64,000 nucleotides of DNA from the human T2T-CHM13v2.0 reference genome, Homo sapiens (GCF_009914755.1 NC_060934.1), one strand, 5' to 3'. Positions 31,701 to 46,407 are shown, counted from the first letter of the stretch. Program-made: numbers and translations. The notes: generated by a model from the letters alone, not told the origin.

Positions 31701-32859
31701 GGAAAATAATGAAATAAAACATTTTCCTCCAAATGATTTTTCCAAAGTGGAACAAGATAAACACCTACTGAAATTTCTGCCTATCTATAAATTAGAGACA
31801 TCTCAAACAGCAAGAGTTGCTAAAGAAGTTTAAGGAAACTTCACATTTAAAACTGTATAAATTTTATTGGGACTGGGCTAGGACTCTTGGCAAGTGGTAT
31901 TTCTTATATATATTCAGTTTTTACCTCTATTTTTATTTCCATCCCATACTTCTAAGTTTTCTTCAATCCACGAAGCAGTGATGAGGTTTCATATTGTATG
32001 AATGGCTGATGTGAATTTGAAAAGTGTTAAGAAAACATGTATTCTGAGAAACCATTTGTAAATCATGTTAATAGATACTGTAGAACAGTGAATGAGGCAC
32101 TAAGTTTTCAAAGAATACAAAGGTTTCACACTAGAATGCCTCTTCAAATAATTATTCATTTTTGGTCTCCTCAACTCTCTACCCCTAGCTGTACTCTCCC
32201 TTCTTCAGGTATTTAGCTTCTCAATGTCCTCCAGGTCTACCAGAGGAGATTTCCTTAGACTGCTGCCTTCCCTTCAGTCGCCTCCTTCATGTGTTCCCAC
32301 TGCAAATCTGTATGGGATATTGATATATGCACAAAGTGATATAAATACAGTGGGGGAATGAGTGCTACTGAGACAAGGACTTCTCTATGGAAAAACTAAA
32401 ATCAGATTCTTACCTCATACCATACACACAGAGAAGTCATACAAATTAGAAATATAAATGTGAAAATTAAAAAGTTGAACTGTTAGAAAATATAGAAGAC
32501 TATCTTTGTGACCTTGAAAGATTTATTGACTAGTACACAGACAGCAAGAAAAAAAGCAGACTTATATTTTCAACATTCAAAACTTTTTGTATGATGAAAT
32601 ACATATATACTAGCTAAAATATATCAGAAGAAAATTTACAGAAGAGGAAACCCAGCTGGGCAATATTCACATAAAGAACTGTACAACCTCAAGAGCAGTT
32701 AAGGAAATGCAAAGTTAAACTGCGATTCCATTTCACATCCATTGGTTGTGGAGATATTTGGAAACATAAACCTAAACTGGAACTCTTACTTGTGTTTGTA
32801 TGCAGAGACACTTTGGAATGCAAATTATCAATATTTATACAAATTAAAGATACATACAC

Positions 32860-33432
32860 TTTTTTTTTGGATTTGTCTTTTTTTTAATTATACTTTAAGT
32901 TTTAGGGTACATGTGCACATTGTGCAGGTTAGTTACATATGTATACATGTGCCATGCTGGTGCGCTGCACCCACTAACTCGTCATCTAGTATGAGGTATA
33001 TCTCCCAATGCTATCCCTCCCCCCTCCCCCCACCCCACCACAGTCCCCAGAGTGTGATATTCCCCTTCCTGTGTCCATGTGATCTCATTGTTCAATTCCC
33101 ACCTATGAGTGAGAATATGCGGTGTTTGGTTTTTTGTTCTTGCGATAGGTTACTGAGAATGATGATTTCCAATTTCATCCATGTCCCTACAAAGGACATG
33201 AACTCATCCTTTTTTATGGCTGCATAGTATTCCGTGGTGTATATGTGCCACATTTTCTTAATCCAGTCTATCATTGTTGGACATTTGGGTTGGTTCCAAG
33301 TCTTTGCTATTGTGAATAATGCCGCAATAAACATATGTGTGCATGTGTCTTTATAGCAGCATGATTTATAGTCCTTTGGGTATATACCCAGTAATGGGAT
33401 GGCTGGGTCAAATGGTATTTCCAGTTCTAGAT
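32860..33432 (-). mobile_element. Young 5'-truncated L1 (L1PA2/3-like) 3' end, inserted in an old L1M
   Basis: tactttaagttttagggtacatgtgcacattgtgcagg…gtcatctag…; ORF2 C-terminus [28 protein letters not shown]…IFSLIGGN. Confidence 0.95.
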
Positions 33433-34504
33433 ACACATTTTTATATACAGTGTGTATACACAAAATAATACGCAACCCAACAGTACTACTTCTAAACATA
33501 TACTTTAGAGAAAGACTCATACTAGTTTGTAAGTAGATATGTTTAAGGATGTTTATAGTGAAAATTTGTGTTGGGGGGGTCCTAATATTCATTAATAAGG
33601 AAAATAAAATAAATACATTCATTTTAGAAACCTTGGAAACCAAATAAAAGCATGAAGAATTGAGCTTTGTGATGTTCAAGGTAGATTTTTAATATGGCCA
33701 TATATGGCGTGTATGTGTGTGTGTATCAAAAATTATCACATCAAAGCTTTTCTATAGATCTTTGTAGAAGAGTCAATTATTGCTCACCCAGTATTACTCT
33801 GTTTCTTTACATTTCCCAGCCTCACAACCTTCCCAGCAGTTAAAGAGCCATATGTCTAGGTCTGGCAATGAAATATGAACAATGATTTGTAAAAAGCAAT
33901 TACACCCTAGTGTGTCTCCTTTATATTTCTCCTCCTCTGCTATGGTAATTTTGGAGGACATATTTTCTACATGAATGGCTGCAAGATAGAGAAGGACTGC
34001 CTGAGCCACAATGGACTTAAAAAAGAATGAAGTATAAGCCTTTGTTTAAGTCACTAGGATTTCAGAGTTCATTTGTTTCTGCAGCTTAGCTTAGTTGAAT
34101 GTTGACTAATAACTATCTTCAAATATACATTTCTTAAAATTATTGAGATAAATTATCATTTATCACACTAAAAGTCCTAAAATTTATTCTCTAATTTTAA
34201 ACATGTAATTCTTGATGGGTTTTGTATTATAAAAATACTTATTTTAGAAAAATTAGGAATTGAAATTAATTATGAGCATGGTAAAAAATACCCATAGTTC
34301 TATTTCTTATAATTGTTAACAATTTAGCAATTATCTTGTTTACTTAAATGTATATCTGTTCTTTATATCACTGAAGAACATTTTACTTAGCTATTTAGCT
34401 TATCATTATATGGATAGGTCAAAAATGCATTTGTCACATTCTCAATTGATAGACATGTGGTTTCCTATATTTGTCATTATAGTTATTGCTATGAAGAACA
34501 TCCT

Positions 34505-34870
34505 TGTCTTGGTCTGTTTGTGTTGCCATAAAGGAATACCTGAGGCTGGGTAATTTATAAAGAAAAGAGGTGTATTTGGCTCATGGTTCTGCAGGCTGTA
34601 CAAGGAGCTTGGTGCCATCATCTGTTTCTGGTGGAGGTTTCAGGCTGCTTCCACTCATGGTGGAAGGCGAAGGGGAGCCAGCTTGTGTAGATCACATGGT
34701 GAGAGAGGAAGAAAGAGAGAGCGAGAAGATGCCAGATTCTTTTCAACAACCAGCTCTTGGGGAACTAAGAGTGAGAACTCACTCCTGCAAGAATAGGATC
34801 AAGCAATTCATTAAGGATCCACCTGCATAACCCAAACACCTCCCACCAGGCCCTGCCTCTGCCAACCCTT
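34505..34870 (-). mobile_element. MaLR LTR (MSTB-like), partial
   Basis: tgtcttggtctgtttgtgttgccataaaggaatacctgaggctgggtaatttataaagaaaagagg…. Confidence 0.85.
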
Positions 34871-37800
34871 GAGTCAGAAACACTATTCAAATAGAAAACA
34901 GGCTGGTGAATTTCTTCCATGAGAAACAATCCCTTGCTTACAGACTTTCCCCCACCATCTCTAGCTTCTTCAGTGGCACTTTTTTTTTCTTTTTCTTTTT
35001 TTTTGTCACAAGCTGCTTGGGACTTTTCCATGTTAAGATGCACTGATTGTCCACTGTATATTCCAATTAGTGAAAGAGCTGTTCTTCCTACTGCATTCAT
35101 TTTCATCCCTTAGTCTTCAACACTACCTTGAAAAGAAAAATGTTTTCATGTTTGTACTCTAAGCTCTTTATGCTCTGGATCAAAACATTACAGAATTTTT
35201 GACTGTTATATCTGCATGTGGAGAAGGCTTATGGAACATTTAATGTGAACGTGGTCCATGCACAAAAAAAGACTAGAGCAATGAATAAACCAAGACAATT
35301 TGCATGAAGGGATAAAAATGAAAACACATAGTGAACTCATTTCACTGGTCTTACAACAAGTGATAAACAATTCAAGCTATCCAATCAATAAAAAATGATC
35401 TTTTTCTATTTTGATACTAATTATATGTATTTTAATATTTTAATATTAATATATAATTGATATATAAACAAATATTAATATATTAATATATAATATATTT
35501 CAATATCCAATTTTTGGATAAGAGACTGCCTAAATTTCCCTTTTCAATATTTGAAAATGATTTATCAAGTTTGAATAAAAATTAGCATTTACAAAGAGTA
35601 AAACCAACAATGACTGCAAAAACCCTCACATACAGAATTGCAATTTAAGAGAAAACCACATTTTCTAGTAGGTTTTTTAAAAGTTACTGACATATAGCCC
35701 TTTCACGAGAAGAGAGTTTTGGGGGTGTGTTTATAGTTGAGTCATGAGTGCCTTTGTTCAGGCAGCACTGAAGAGCTAGACTTTGAGAGGTTCCCTAGCA
35801 TGGGGCCTGCTTCAACACAATTGCAGCAAATGCCCTGTGTTCTGCCTTTGTCCTCTCTGGTCTGACTTCAGCATTACTCACTCAATTCCTCTCCCTTTCG
35901 CATAACCCAGTGTCATTCTATTCCAGCCAAGTTTATCTCTGCACCACTCAGATAAGCCCCATGCTGCTCTTTGTAAATGTCACTCTTAGAAGAAGATAGG
36001 ATGTTTTCTGAAAGAGTTCTTTTTTAAAGCGTTCACTGACTGAATCCATTCTGAAGGATAGTTTGGGTAGAGGGCTTTCTAAAAAAAAATGTTTCATTTT
36101 TTAGCCTTTTAGGAGAGCATCTGGAGACAGGTACCCCATTACTCAGGAAACTCCCTAGACTTTTTAGATGGATAAACAGAGCAGAAACAAAATATGTCTA
36201 AATTATGTTCTTACACTATCTGATTCAGGCAGTCAAGTTTCTTAGTGACTCATCTGTTACAAATTTTTAGTATCTGTGTTGAGAAATTAAGCAAACAAAG
36301 TTAACCATATAGATTAGTAAATTAAGTGTCTATAGTAAAATATCATTTGAATCTCAAGGCTGTGAAAGTGTATATTTTGTGACAGCTTAGTCAGATCCAG
36401 ATTGTTTAATTAGACTCAACAAAACAGATGACCTTTCTGCTTTATTTACAAAAAGTAGTTGAGGTGATTTTGTAGTTATTTGCTTATTGCGCTAAAGCTT
36501 TTCCTTATGGCTGCTTAGGGTGTTTAAATCAATAATAAATGACTCCCTGTAAGATTTAAGTCATTTCAAAAATGTAACACAAAAGCAAGTATCATCTGAT
36601 TTCTACAGTATATTAGAGCTGAAACAATTTCATCCATAATAAAGTCACAAAAGTGTTGCATACTAGAGAGGAGGGTTGACTTCTGCATTTCTCAATAGTC
36701 CTGGTACTAATTTGAGGAAAAAAGAGAGGGAGAGGAAAGCCAAGAATAAAATCTAACATGATACCTGAGGTTGGGGGGAAAGAATCTTTGGTATGTGTAA
36801 TAGTATTGCTAAATAATATTGTTTTGGATAGCATAAATCAATATGCAAAGAGAATTTACCAATCTATATTATGAGTTAAACACTTGTTCACTAGTATCTT
36901 AATGGATATTAATTTTTCATGTTTTTATCATAAAATTTTATTATGTTTTATTAAGAAGTTTATTCAGTGTAAAGCTATATGAAGAAAAAAGTAAAGCCCT
37001 CCCATATTCCATCACTCAGAGATAACTGTCATTAGTATAATCATGTATTTTGTTTGGTACTGCTTTTTTCTATGTATAAAAATTGGATTGCTACTGTAGA
37101 TAATATTATTCCTTTATCATTTACCTGTAGGCGTAAGTATTCAGCAACATTACAGCTTATAACAATCGTGTAGTAGTCAACTATCTGGATGTACCATAGT
37201 ACCAAAATTTATTTAAGTGTGCTCAGACTTTTTGTTTAACTATTCCTGGACTTTATTTTTTTTTAATGTTTCAGGCGATTTTAAACCACTCCACAGCAAA
37301 GTTCTTTGGATGTGACTATCTGAATTTCTAATTGTGCCTATAAAGTGCATTGCTGTATTAGGGGGTTTAAATACATGGACTCTTTTAAGTTTAAACTCTA
37401 AATATTTTCAAACTAGTTTGCTATTTTAAAATACATTTTATTTTTTAAGAGTAAGTTTTATTTGTCATTTATTCATCATAGCCTCAAACTGGAAACAACC
37501 CAAATGTTCACCAACAGAGGAGCATGTTGCCTCTCCAGAGCACACGTCCCATATTCCATTTATATGAAACCCTGGGAAAGACAAATTTAATATGTAGTAA
37601 TGGAAAGCAGTAGTTTTCTGAAGCTGCAGGTCAATGGTGGGGATTGATTCACCGTAGAAAATTTAGAAAGCATAGATAAGCAGAGAGGAGGAAGTTATCT
37701 CACCATTTAGAGATAGGTATAATCCACTAACTTTTTTTTTTTTTTTAGATATATAAGTACATGAGGAACAAATTCAGTTTACCGAAGTTTATTTATTGAC

Positions 37801-37877
37801 TTAACAGGTAAAAATTCGTGGATAACTCCATACTTTTGCTATTTTTGAAATTATTTTAAGCTATCATTCTTTTCTGC

Positions 37878-38178
37878 TTTTTTTTTTTTTTTTTTTTTTT
37901 TGAGACGGAGTCTTGCCGTGTCCATCAGGCTGGAGTGGCACGATCTTGGCTCACTGCAAGCTCTGCCTCCCAGGTTCACACCATTCTCCTGCCTCAGCCT
38001 CCTGAGTAGCTGGGACTACAGGTGCCTGCCACCACGCCCGGCTAATTTTTTGTATTTTTAGTAGAGACAGGGTTTCACCATGTTAGCCAGGAAAATCTTG
38101 ATCTCCTGACCTCGTGATCCACCCACTTCAGCCTCCCAAAGTGCTGGGATTACAGGTGTGAGCCACTGTGCCCAGGCC
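37878..38178 (-). mobile_element. Alu (AluY-like)
   Basis: Poly-T followed by gagacggagtcttg…actgcaagctctgcc…cctgacctcgtgatcc. Confidence 0.95.
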
Positions 38179-38462
38179 TGACTTTTTTTTAATGTTGTAT
38201 GCTACCATATCATTCAACAGTAAAGAGAAATGACCAAATGATGACGAGTGGTATGTTGTCGGCGCATTTCCTCTTAAGTGTTTCTATGGGTTTTATCTCC
38301 ATCTATTACAGAGATTAGTGGAGATTCCCTAAAATTATTAGCAACCTGCATCATAAAATTACTAGTACCCATTTAAATTAAACAATAACCTCTTTTCTTC
38401 TTTCCTTCAGCTGTAAAATAAGAAATTTTGCCTCCACCTTAGCTTATATCATTTCCTTTAGA

Positions 38463-38680
38463 GCAGGATTTTTCAACCTCAGCACATTCTGGGCTGAACA
38501 ACTGTTTGTTGTAGGGGGCTGTTCATGCCTGAGAACAGGGATGTCTCCTAACATCCCTGTTCTCAACCCCCTAAATGCAGACAGCACCCCAGCTCCAGTT
38601 ATGACAACCAAAAATATCTTCAGATATTGCCAAATGTGTCCTGGGGTTAGGGGGCAAAAATTACTCCTGGTTAAGAAGCA
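38463..38680. mobile_element. MER20-like hAT DNA transposon remnant
   Basis: caggatttttcaacctcagcac…atgacaaccaaaaatatcttcagatattgccaaatgt. Confidence 0.7.
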
Positions 38681-40969
38681 AGGATTTAAGGCTAATTCAG
38701 TACTTTATTACTTTATTAATGTCCTCTATTACACTTGTCCCCGCTCCCCCAACCATGTGAACATCCTTTTGATTACTGGGCTCTGACCTTTCTATCCTGC
38801 TGTGATTTCAGATTAGTGAAGGTAGACATGAGAGGCCTTGGCTGTGACATGTCCATATATGCCCCAGTTACTTCTGCACGTCGACTATACTACGGGATCC
38901 TTTGGAATGCTGCTGTCTTTTAACATGAGAAATGGAGAGACACTGTGCAGATATGACCATGGCTCACCTTACAGCTTTACGCCAGGCATTTAACTCCACA
39001 TGCCTGTCTTTTGGATCTCATTCTAAACAAATGAAGCAGACTTAATTTTACTTTTTCTGTAGATAAGCAGGTGTTTAACAAGGTGAAAAGTAAAAGACTC
39101 TGGGGAGTTTTAAAGTTAGTAGAAATCCTTGGTGCTTTTCCAATTAGCTGGTAAAGGATGCTTGGAAGAATTAGGAGGCATTTGAGAGGAAAGAAGGAAC
39201 TTTAACTGCTGAAATAGCTGTCTAATTCTCATTTTGCATTAGATAAGGATTATCCTACAAGAGCAGCATGTGGGTACACCTTAGAACCACTGTTAACTCG
39301 TATTCAGTAATCACTGTGCCAAAAACACCGAGCCAGGCCATTTGAGGGAGAAACAGAAAAGAGCAGAGTCCTGTGCATCATGAGCTTACAGTCTACGGGA
39401 AATTATACACAAACCTTGTTGCAGTTGGGTAACATTACTAGCAGTGAGGAACAGTTGTTTGATCAACGAGGAAGTATCTCAGTTGCCAAATGGATAGTAC
39501 AGACAGTAGCAGTGGGAACTTAGGAGAAAGAGAGAATCCTGTGGACTGCAGAGGTCAAAGAAGTGGGCTTGCAAGAGCTGGGATCTGAGCTTGGACAGGT
39601 GACGGGCCAAGGAGGTGAGGAAAAGTATCCCAGTGAAGTAAAATGGTGTGCATTAAGAGGCTGAGATAGGAGCTCCAAGCATATTTGGTGTGTAAGAACT
39701 GAGTGAGAAAGCCAGAAGGGGAGTCAGATCTTGAGGTCCTTGAATAGCAGGCTGAGGAATTTTGATTGTATAACGGAAGCTAATGTTTCCCAAATTGGAC
39801 TCCATGAAACAATAATCCCAGGAGATGCTCTTTTAATAAAGTGTCCTAGGGTTAAGTAAACTTGAGAAGTGATACATGCCCTCCTGTGGACTTAACATGT
39901 ATACTGGTATTTAAAGGCTTAACTTTGCTTAATACAGCACTTCCCAATGTATTTCCCATGAGGTGGATGTGAGGGAGAGTTATGAGAAATAAGAACATAA
40001 AGCGCCTATTAACAGTCAGTGGAACAACTTAGAAGTTGAATTTGACAATAGGGAAGCATTAACCATTTTTGTAAAGCAGGAGGTGATGTAATTAAAGAGA
40101 TATTTTAGTCTAGTACTAGCGTGTAGACAGATTGGAACAAGTATGTGTAAAATATTCAAAAGATAGGACTCTTCAGGAGAGAGTCTCTGTTCTCGGTATT
40201 TAGTTTGTTGGATTTTTTTTCATTTATCCATTCATGAGATATTAAGCAAATACTATATGCTGTGTGCTTAGCAAGGTGAATAAAATGGTGAAGAAGGGAT
40301 AAATAATCTCTGCCTTCATGGAGTTTAAGATCTAAAGGGAGATGACAAATGTAGAATTAAATTTTTATGTGTACTGTAAAAAGGGAACAAAGAAGAGTAC
40401 CCTTCTACTTTTTTGTTGAACAGTATTATGGAGACCTTTTTATTTCCTCTTAAATGTGTCATCAAGACACATCCATTTTAATATTATCAGTATCACTAAA
40501 CCTTGTAAAAATAATTTAACGTTGCTGGGTTTTAATGTTTAAATGTGGCTTCACTTGATCTTGGGCCAGTTTAGCATTTTGGAAATAAATTTTAAAATGT
40601 TAATTTGGTGAAAGGAAAGAAAGTATGAGGAGCAGAAAGAGAAAGAGGAAGGTTTTGTTTTGACCTTTGCTTAATGTATATTGTACGCAGAAAAGTGCAC
40701 ATATGAGAAGTGTGCAGCTTAATTTTCCACAAATGAACACACTTGTGTAACCAAACTACAGTATTACCAGGCTTCCAAACACATGCCTTACTCAGTTCCC
40801 TTTCAGTTACAGTCTGCCAGAGTAACCACTATCCCGACTTCTTTCGGAATAGATGCAGTTTGCCTATGTGTGTGCGTGTTGTGTAAAAATGCAGTCATTC
40901 ATTATGTTGAGAATTTTAAGGGAAGCCCAGAAGGCACACTTAGCTCTAAATACAGACCTCTTCATAATG

Positions 40970-41146
40970 TAGTGGTTCTCAAATTTGGTCACACATTGGA
41001 AGCATCTAAGACCTTTACAAATTACTGACATTTGAGTCCTACATCAAGGGATACTTACTGTGATTGGTCTGAGGCAGGGCCCGGGAACCAGCATTCTCAA
41101 GGCTCTCCAGATGATTCTAATGCGCACCCAAGTTTGAGAATCACTT
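40970..41146. mobile_element. MER5A-like hAT DNA transposon
   Basis: tagtggttctcaaa…tttgagaatcact terminal inverted repeats; ccagatgattctaatg core. Confidence 0.75.
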
Positions 41147-42675
41147 CTGTAATGTGTTGAAGGTAAAGCCATAGATGTTTGCACAATATTGGAGCTAGTT
41201 TTGTGCCCAGCTGTCTAATATTTGTAAACCTGGGCTTTCTGTGTCTAGATTTTGGGTTGTAGCTTGGCAAGAGAAGTAGATATTACATATGACTAATAAT
41301 CCTCCCACTGTCTGTCACCTGGGCAGCAAACCATTTTTGAATGTAGGGCTGTGTGGGAGGTGAATAGGGTTGCTCGCATTAGAACAGCCTTTGCCTAGAA
41401 GATGTTGGAATGCCATCAGTAGGTGCTGGATAGCACAGCTGTCGGATTTGTGTCAAAAGGCAATATATCCCCTGCATTGAGACTGGAGCGCAATGACTCA
41501 TTTGCTTGAGGACTTTCGGAACCCTACAAGCCTGCAGGGCCTCTTCTCATGGCCTAAGGATGCCTTCAGGTGTGACTAAGATATTTCAGACTTGGAAGAA
41601 TACAGAATTGAATTCTCAGGAATCTGGTTAAGTGGGAAGGGCAGAAACATCTCAGTTCTGTGAAATTATTTGTATTTTAGCCAGAAGATTGTCATAGCAG
41701 CAAGCTGATAAAAGTCGATATATTTCATTTATTTTCTTTATATTTTTCTAAAAGTTTTCTGATTTCAGTAAAACTGTAACAGAATTATAATTCACAAAAA
41801 ACCAATAACATCGCAATTTCCAGAGTCTGGAAGAATTTCATTATGATTCAGTGAGAGGACAATTTACCTTTCCTGAAATACAGTGCGCTCACAAGCTCCA
41901 TACCCAGGGCTCCAAACCCTTTTGCAAAGTCTCCTGATGAGTGGTTAACCCACCATTCAGAAGAGCGGGTGCTGGGATGCCTTGGTACCAAGGTGGTATG
42001 TGGAATCTCAGCCAAGAGCCTAGGAGGCTTCTTCCTGCTCTGTGAAGATCACATGTTTGTTCCTTGCCTTTGTGTATTTCCTTTGAACTCATCACCTGTT
42101 TGCTTTTGGAGGATATAGCAGTTAACAAGAGACAAGACTCTTGCTCTCATGAAGCTGATATTCTAGCAGAGAAGACAGAAAATGACATTAACTAATAAAC
42201 ATTTCAGATAATGATAGATGCTATAAAGAATACAAAATGGGAGAGGGGTGTTGGGTTGAGGCATTAGAAGGCCACTCTGCAGAAGTGACATATGACAAAA
42301 GAAATAAATGAAGACAAGGGACCACTCTTGTGCACACACCCACAACAACAGCACTCCAGGCAACATGCATAGCAAGTGGAAAGCCTCGAGGCAGGATAGG
42401 CTTTGACATGGAGGATGGAAAAGGGGCCCAGTGTGCCTGCGTCACTGTGGGAAGGGAGAAGAACAGTAGGAGGTGAGCTCAGAGAGGCAGACGGGCTAAC
42501 TTACCTAGGGCCTTGGTGACCATAGGGAGCTGGATTTTATTCCAAGTTCAATGAGAAGCCTTTGAGCCCAACAGGTTGATTGCCTTCACTTGATGTGATT
42601 TTAGCATATGATTAACCAGATTTTTAAAAGAGACTAAATCCATTTGTCTCGTAAGATCAGACATTTGTGAATTTT

Positions 42676-42736
42676 CTTTTCACTTACATATGAACTTTTC
42701 ACTTACATGTGAACTTTTCACTTACATGTGAACTTT
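42676..42736. repeat. 19-bp minisatellite, 3 units (cttttcacttacat[a/g]tgaa)
   Basis: Three tandem units at 42676, 42695 and 42714, with one mismatch. Confidence 0.9.
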
Positions 42737-45679
42737 GATGGTAACAGAGGAAGATACGACAGATGTGTGTTTGAATTCCTATCCTTTAACCTGGTAGTAA
42801 TTTGAGCTTGTAGTTTCTGGCAGTCATTACTTTAATTGAATTTGGTTTGTTGGGAGCTGGAGACTTCTTTAAAAACCTGGATTTTATACAAAAGAATTCA
42901 TGTACTGCAGATAAATATGGAAAAAGGTGCCTGTGTGAGGCCTTCATTGGATTTTAGAATGATACTTGCTTTTAAATTGACGGTCTACTTGGATTTTTTC
43001 AAAATTCCTGGGGATTACTACGTGCCTTTTGGCAGAACAAAAAGGAAGAAATGAAAGCACAGATTGAATTGCTATCACTTCTAAATCCTGAAAGAAGTCA
43101 GACAGGACCCTTATTAAGTTACTCTAGAATGTGACATATATAACCTTTACACAGTAATTTATTTGAGATGATCAATCTTCACTAAATGATCAAGTGTTTG
43201 TTCGCTTGGAATTAAACCATAAATGCTGTTAGATTTTTCTCTGTTTTCTTTGCTGACCTGTGGAACTGGCTGGGCTTAACATTTAGGCACATGCATGCAT
43301 TTAAATCTTGGAGAGGTATAGACAGCGTGAAGTAACTGATAAATGAACAGCATTTACAGTCACAAAGTTATTGCACATGGCAGCTTATTGGCATATAAAT
43401 TAAACTGCTGCAAGGTAGAAGAATGGAAGCAAAAATAGGTTGCTGTGTTAGATCAAATTAATTTGAGAATCATTTCAACATTTTATTTCTCTGAAAAGTT
43501 TGCTTGGAGGTCTCCAGCTATGTTTGGCATCAAGTCACATTCATACTGAAGGAAAATGTGCTTTAAGAGTCAAAGTTATACAACATGCATTGGTATCAGC
43601 CTATCGTACGCGTAAATGGAGGTTGCTTTATGGAGATAATTTCTGGTAGGAGATAGAAGCCAGGAAGAGGCACAGGGAAGATCAGGGACTCCGACCTGTT
43701 GAGCAAGCTGGGTAGGAGAAATCCCCCGGGTCATGGCACAGAATAGAAAAAGTCAAAGGCGGCTTTGAGAAGAGAGTTGCCGGGAGTGGGATAGGTTAGC
43801 ACCAGACAGCGTGGGGACCCCTCACAGAGATGCTGCACCGCGCAGTCTCACTCGGGGCATGGCGTCCTTCTACTCGCTCATCCTTCAAGTCTCAGCTTAA
43901 ATGCCACTTTCTTCAGAGGAACCTTTCCTGACCGTCTTTATCAAAGGTCTCTCCTCCCATGATTTTCTATGATTGAATCTACTTTTTCTTCATGATAAAT
44001 TGAAATTATATCTTTATATGTTTACTCATGTATTGTCTTTCTCTTACTAACTTACAATTTGCACTAAGGCAGGCTCATGTTTTCTTTGTGTCTCTTCAGC
44101 ATTTAGCTCTGCCTGGCAGATAGTAGGCACGTATGAAATACTTGCTGAATGAACATAGAACCTGCAGGAAAACAGTCTGAAAACTGCTGTGGACTGGGGC
44201 TGCACCCCACATGAAACAGACTTGGGAATGCGGCTCTGGCCAGTGTGCGCTCAGAGAGACGTGTGTATATTCCCCACTCAAGTAGCCGGAGCAGACTTGT
44301 ACCTGCAAACTGGGTTGATGAGGGTGCTGGACAATATCTCATAAATTATCCTAATAACCTGTGAAATAGACTGAGGGAAATCATAGTTTCCATTCTAGTG
44401 TTTAGAAGACAGAACAAACACCAGAAAAGAAACTACCCAACTTACGTGGCTAATTTGAACTTCAACACCAGTCCCTCGTCTCCCTTTCTCATCTCCTCAC
44501 GCTGCTGTCCGTATGCTTGGTACCCCCAGCACTTGCAAACTGTTTGTCTCTCCCTACATACACCATACCAGGGAACTGTTTCTGAGCTCTATAACGCTTC
44601 TGCCTCCAAAGCAAATCTGCTACTCTCCTCCTGGGTGCTGCTAGAAAACACGCCCAGTGCCCTGGAAGATTACAGGCTCTAATTCCTGCTTCTTGAGATG
44701 AAACAATTCAGCCCAGGGCTAGTTCCAAAGCAGGAATGCCTGAGTCTGAGACTATTTTAAGCTTCCCCTGAGACAGAGATGGGCTTATATAACCTCAGAC
44801 CAGTCATGATTTCCACAGCTCACTGCAGAGCTGATTAAAGTAGATATAGCCAGGGTATTTCCACCATCAACCACCCTCCCTAGGACCCGTGACAGGGGAG
44901 AAAACTTTCATGTACTGAGCATCTCCCATGTGTCAAGCATTTTACATTTATCATCCTGTACACGGTGAACTGAGGTAACTGTGGGGTACAACCAAAACCC
45001 TGCGTGAGGCTGTCATTTAGAACCACATTCACAGAGCTGCCCTGGAAACAGCAATGTGAGTAAGGGGCAAGGTGGGACCACTTTGCAGCCCAGTAGTCCT
45101 CCAAACACTGAAAATAATCTGGCTTAGTTTCCATGTTCCTGCTGGGTAATGAAGCACCAAACAGTCGGTAGGTTTTTCAGTATGGGGGACTAACTTGCAA
45201 AAAGTACAATGAGCAAACTAAGAGGCAGTGAGTTGCTAATTCCCAAGGACACCATCTATAGGCAGGACCATGTCTGCTGTCAAACAGACTGTGAATAAAT
45301 TTCAAGCAAGGAAAGGCTCTGAGGTACATTTGCAGCTTCTCTTCCCTGCATGTGTACCTTTCACATATAAAGGTGCTGGGAATTTATCACATTCCTTTCT
45401 ATAGGCACTGGAATGGCAAAAATGATAAAGGTGGGTAGTAAATTGGCTGGTTCCTTTACAAAAAAAGGGCACCAAACACAGGATTACTCAGCAATTCCAG
45501 AGAAAGTTCCCAAGCCACCTTTTTAAAATTGTTATATAGTGCTATCAAAAAGGCAAAGCTTCTCTTTTGGTAACATGTTTTAGGGAAGATCATTTTAAAA
45601 TCCTTGCTCTGAAATCATGAGTGTAACTTTATAGTTGTAGGAAAATCTAGGAATATATATGAAATTAAAATTTAATTGA

Positions 45680-45948
45680 GGTCCACGTGCAGTGGCTCAT
45701 GCCTGTAATCCCAGCACTATGGGAGGATCTAAGGGGACCAGGAATTCAGGAGCTCGTGACCAGAAGGGGCAACATAGCAAGACCTCATTGCAAAAAAAAA
45801 AAAAAATTATAATCAACCGGACATGGTTGCACATGCCTCTAGTCCTAGCTACTTAGGAGGCTGAGCTGGGAAGATTGCTTGAGTCCAGGAATTTGAGGTC
45901 GTAGTGAGCTATGATCATGCCACTGCACTCCTATCTGGGACAAAAAAA
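45680..45948 (+). mobile_element. AluJ, diverged
   Basis: cagtggctcatgcctgtaatcccagcact…gtgagctatgatcatgccactgcactcc; TSD-like aatttaatt. Confidence 0.88.
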
Positions 45949-46407
45949 TAATTTAATTCAGTTCCAGTTTAGTTTAAAAAAAAATCCCAACCTTTGTCAT
46001 GGATATCTAAGTATCTGTGGACATATTGCCCTTTGCCTTGTAACAGATTCTGCATTATTAAGAGTGGAGAAAAATAGAAATGGGAGGAAAGTGCAGTCAG
46101 CATAGGCAAGGAATTTAGCTCTCTTACTAAAGCAGAATTCAAAATCTCTACTGTGTCAGTATTACAGGGAGAATCTCTGGGTATATTATTCCTTACCAGT
46201 TCCCTGGAATGTATTAAACTCTGCACAAATAGGCATGCTGTGATCTCAGGTTGCAGTTTTTGTTTACTGCATGTCACATGATTGAAAACCAAGTTCTTGT
46301 CCTGGCTATGATGTTGCTTCCTCAGAAAGCCTTCTGGTCTACCCACAGCTCCCACTCTCACTGTTGTGTTCTCTCTTTGCATGCTATTTCTTTCTTTAGT
46401 CACATAA

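Noticed and set aside
35418-35505. AT-rich quasi-palindromic tract (aatattaatatata…)
   Set aside because: Low-complexity AT sequence is trivially self-complementary; no evidence of function.
43796-43812. REST/RE1-like motif ttagcacc-agacagcg
   Set aside because: Both half-sites have mismatches and the 2-nt spacer is missing; not supportable without ChIP data.
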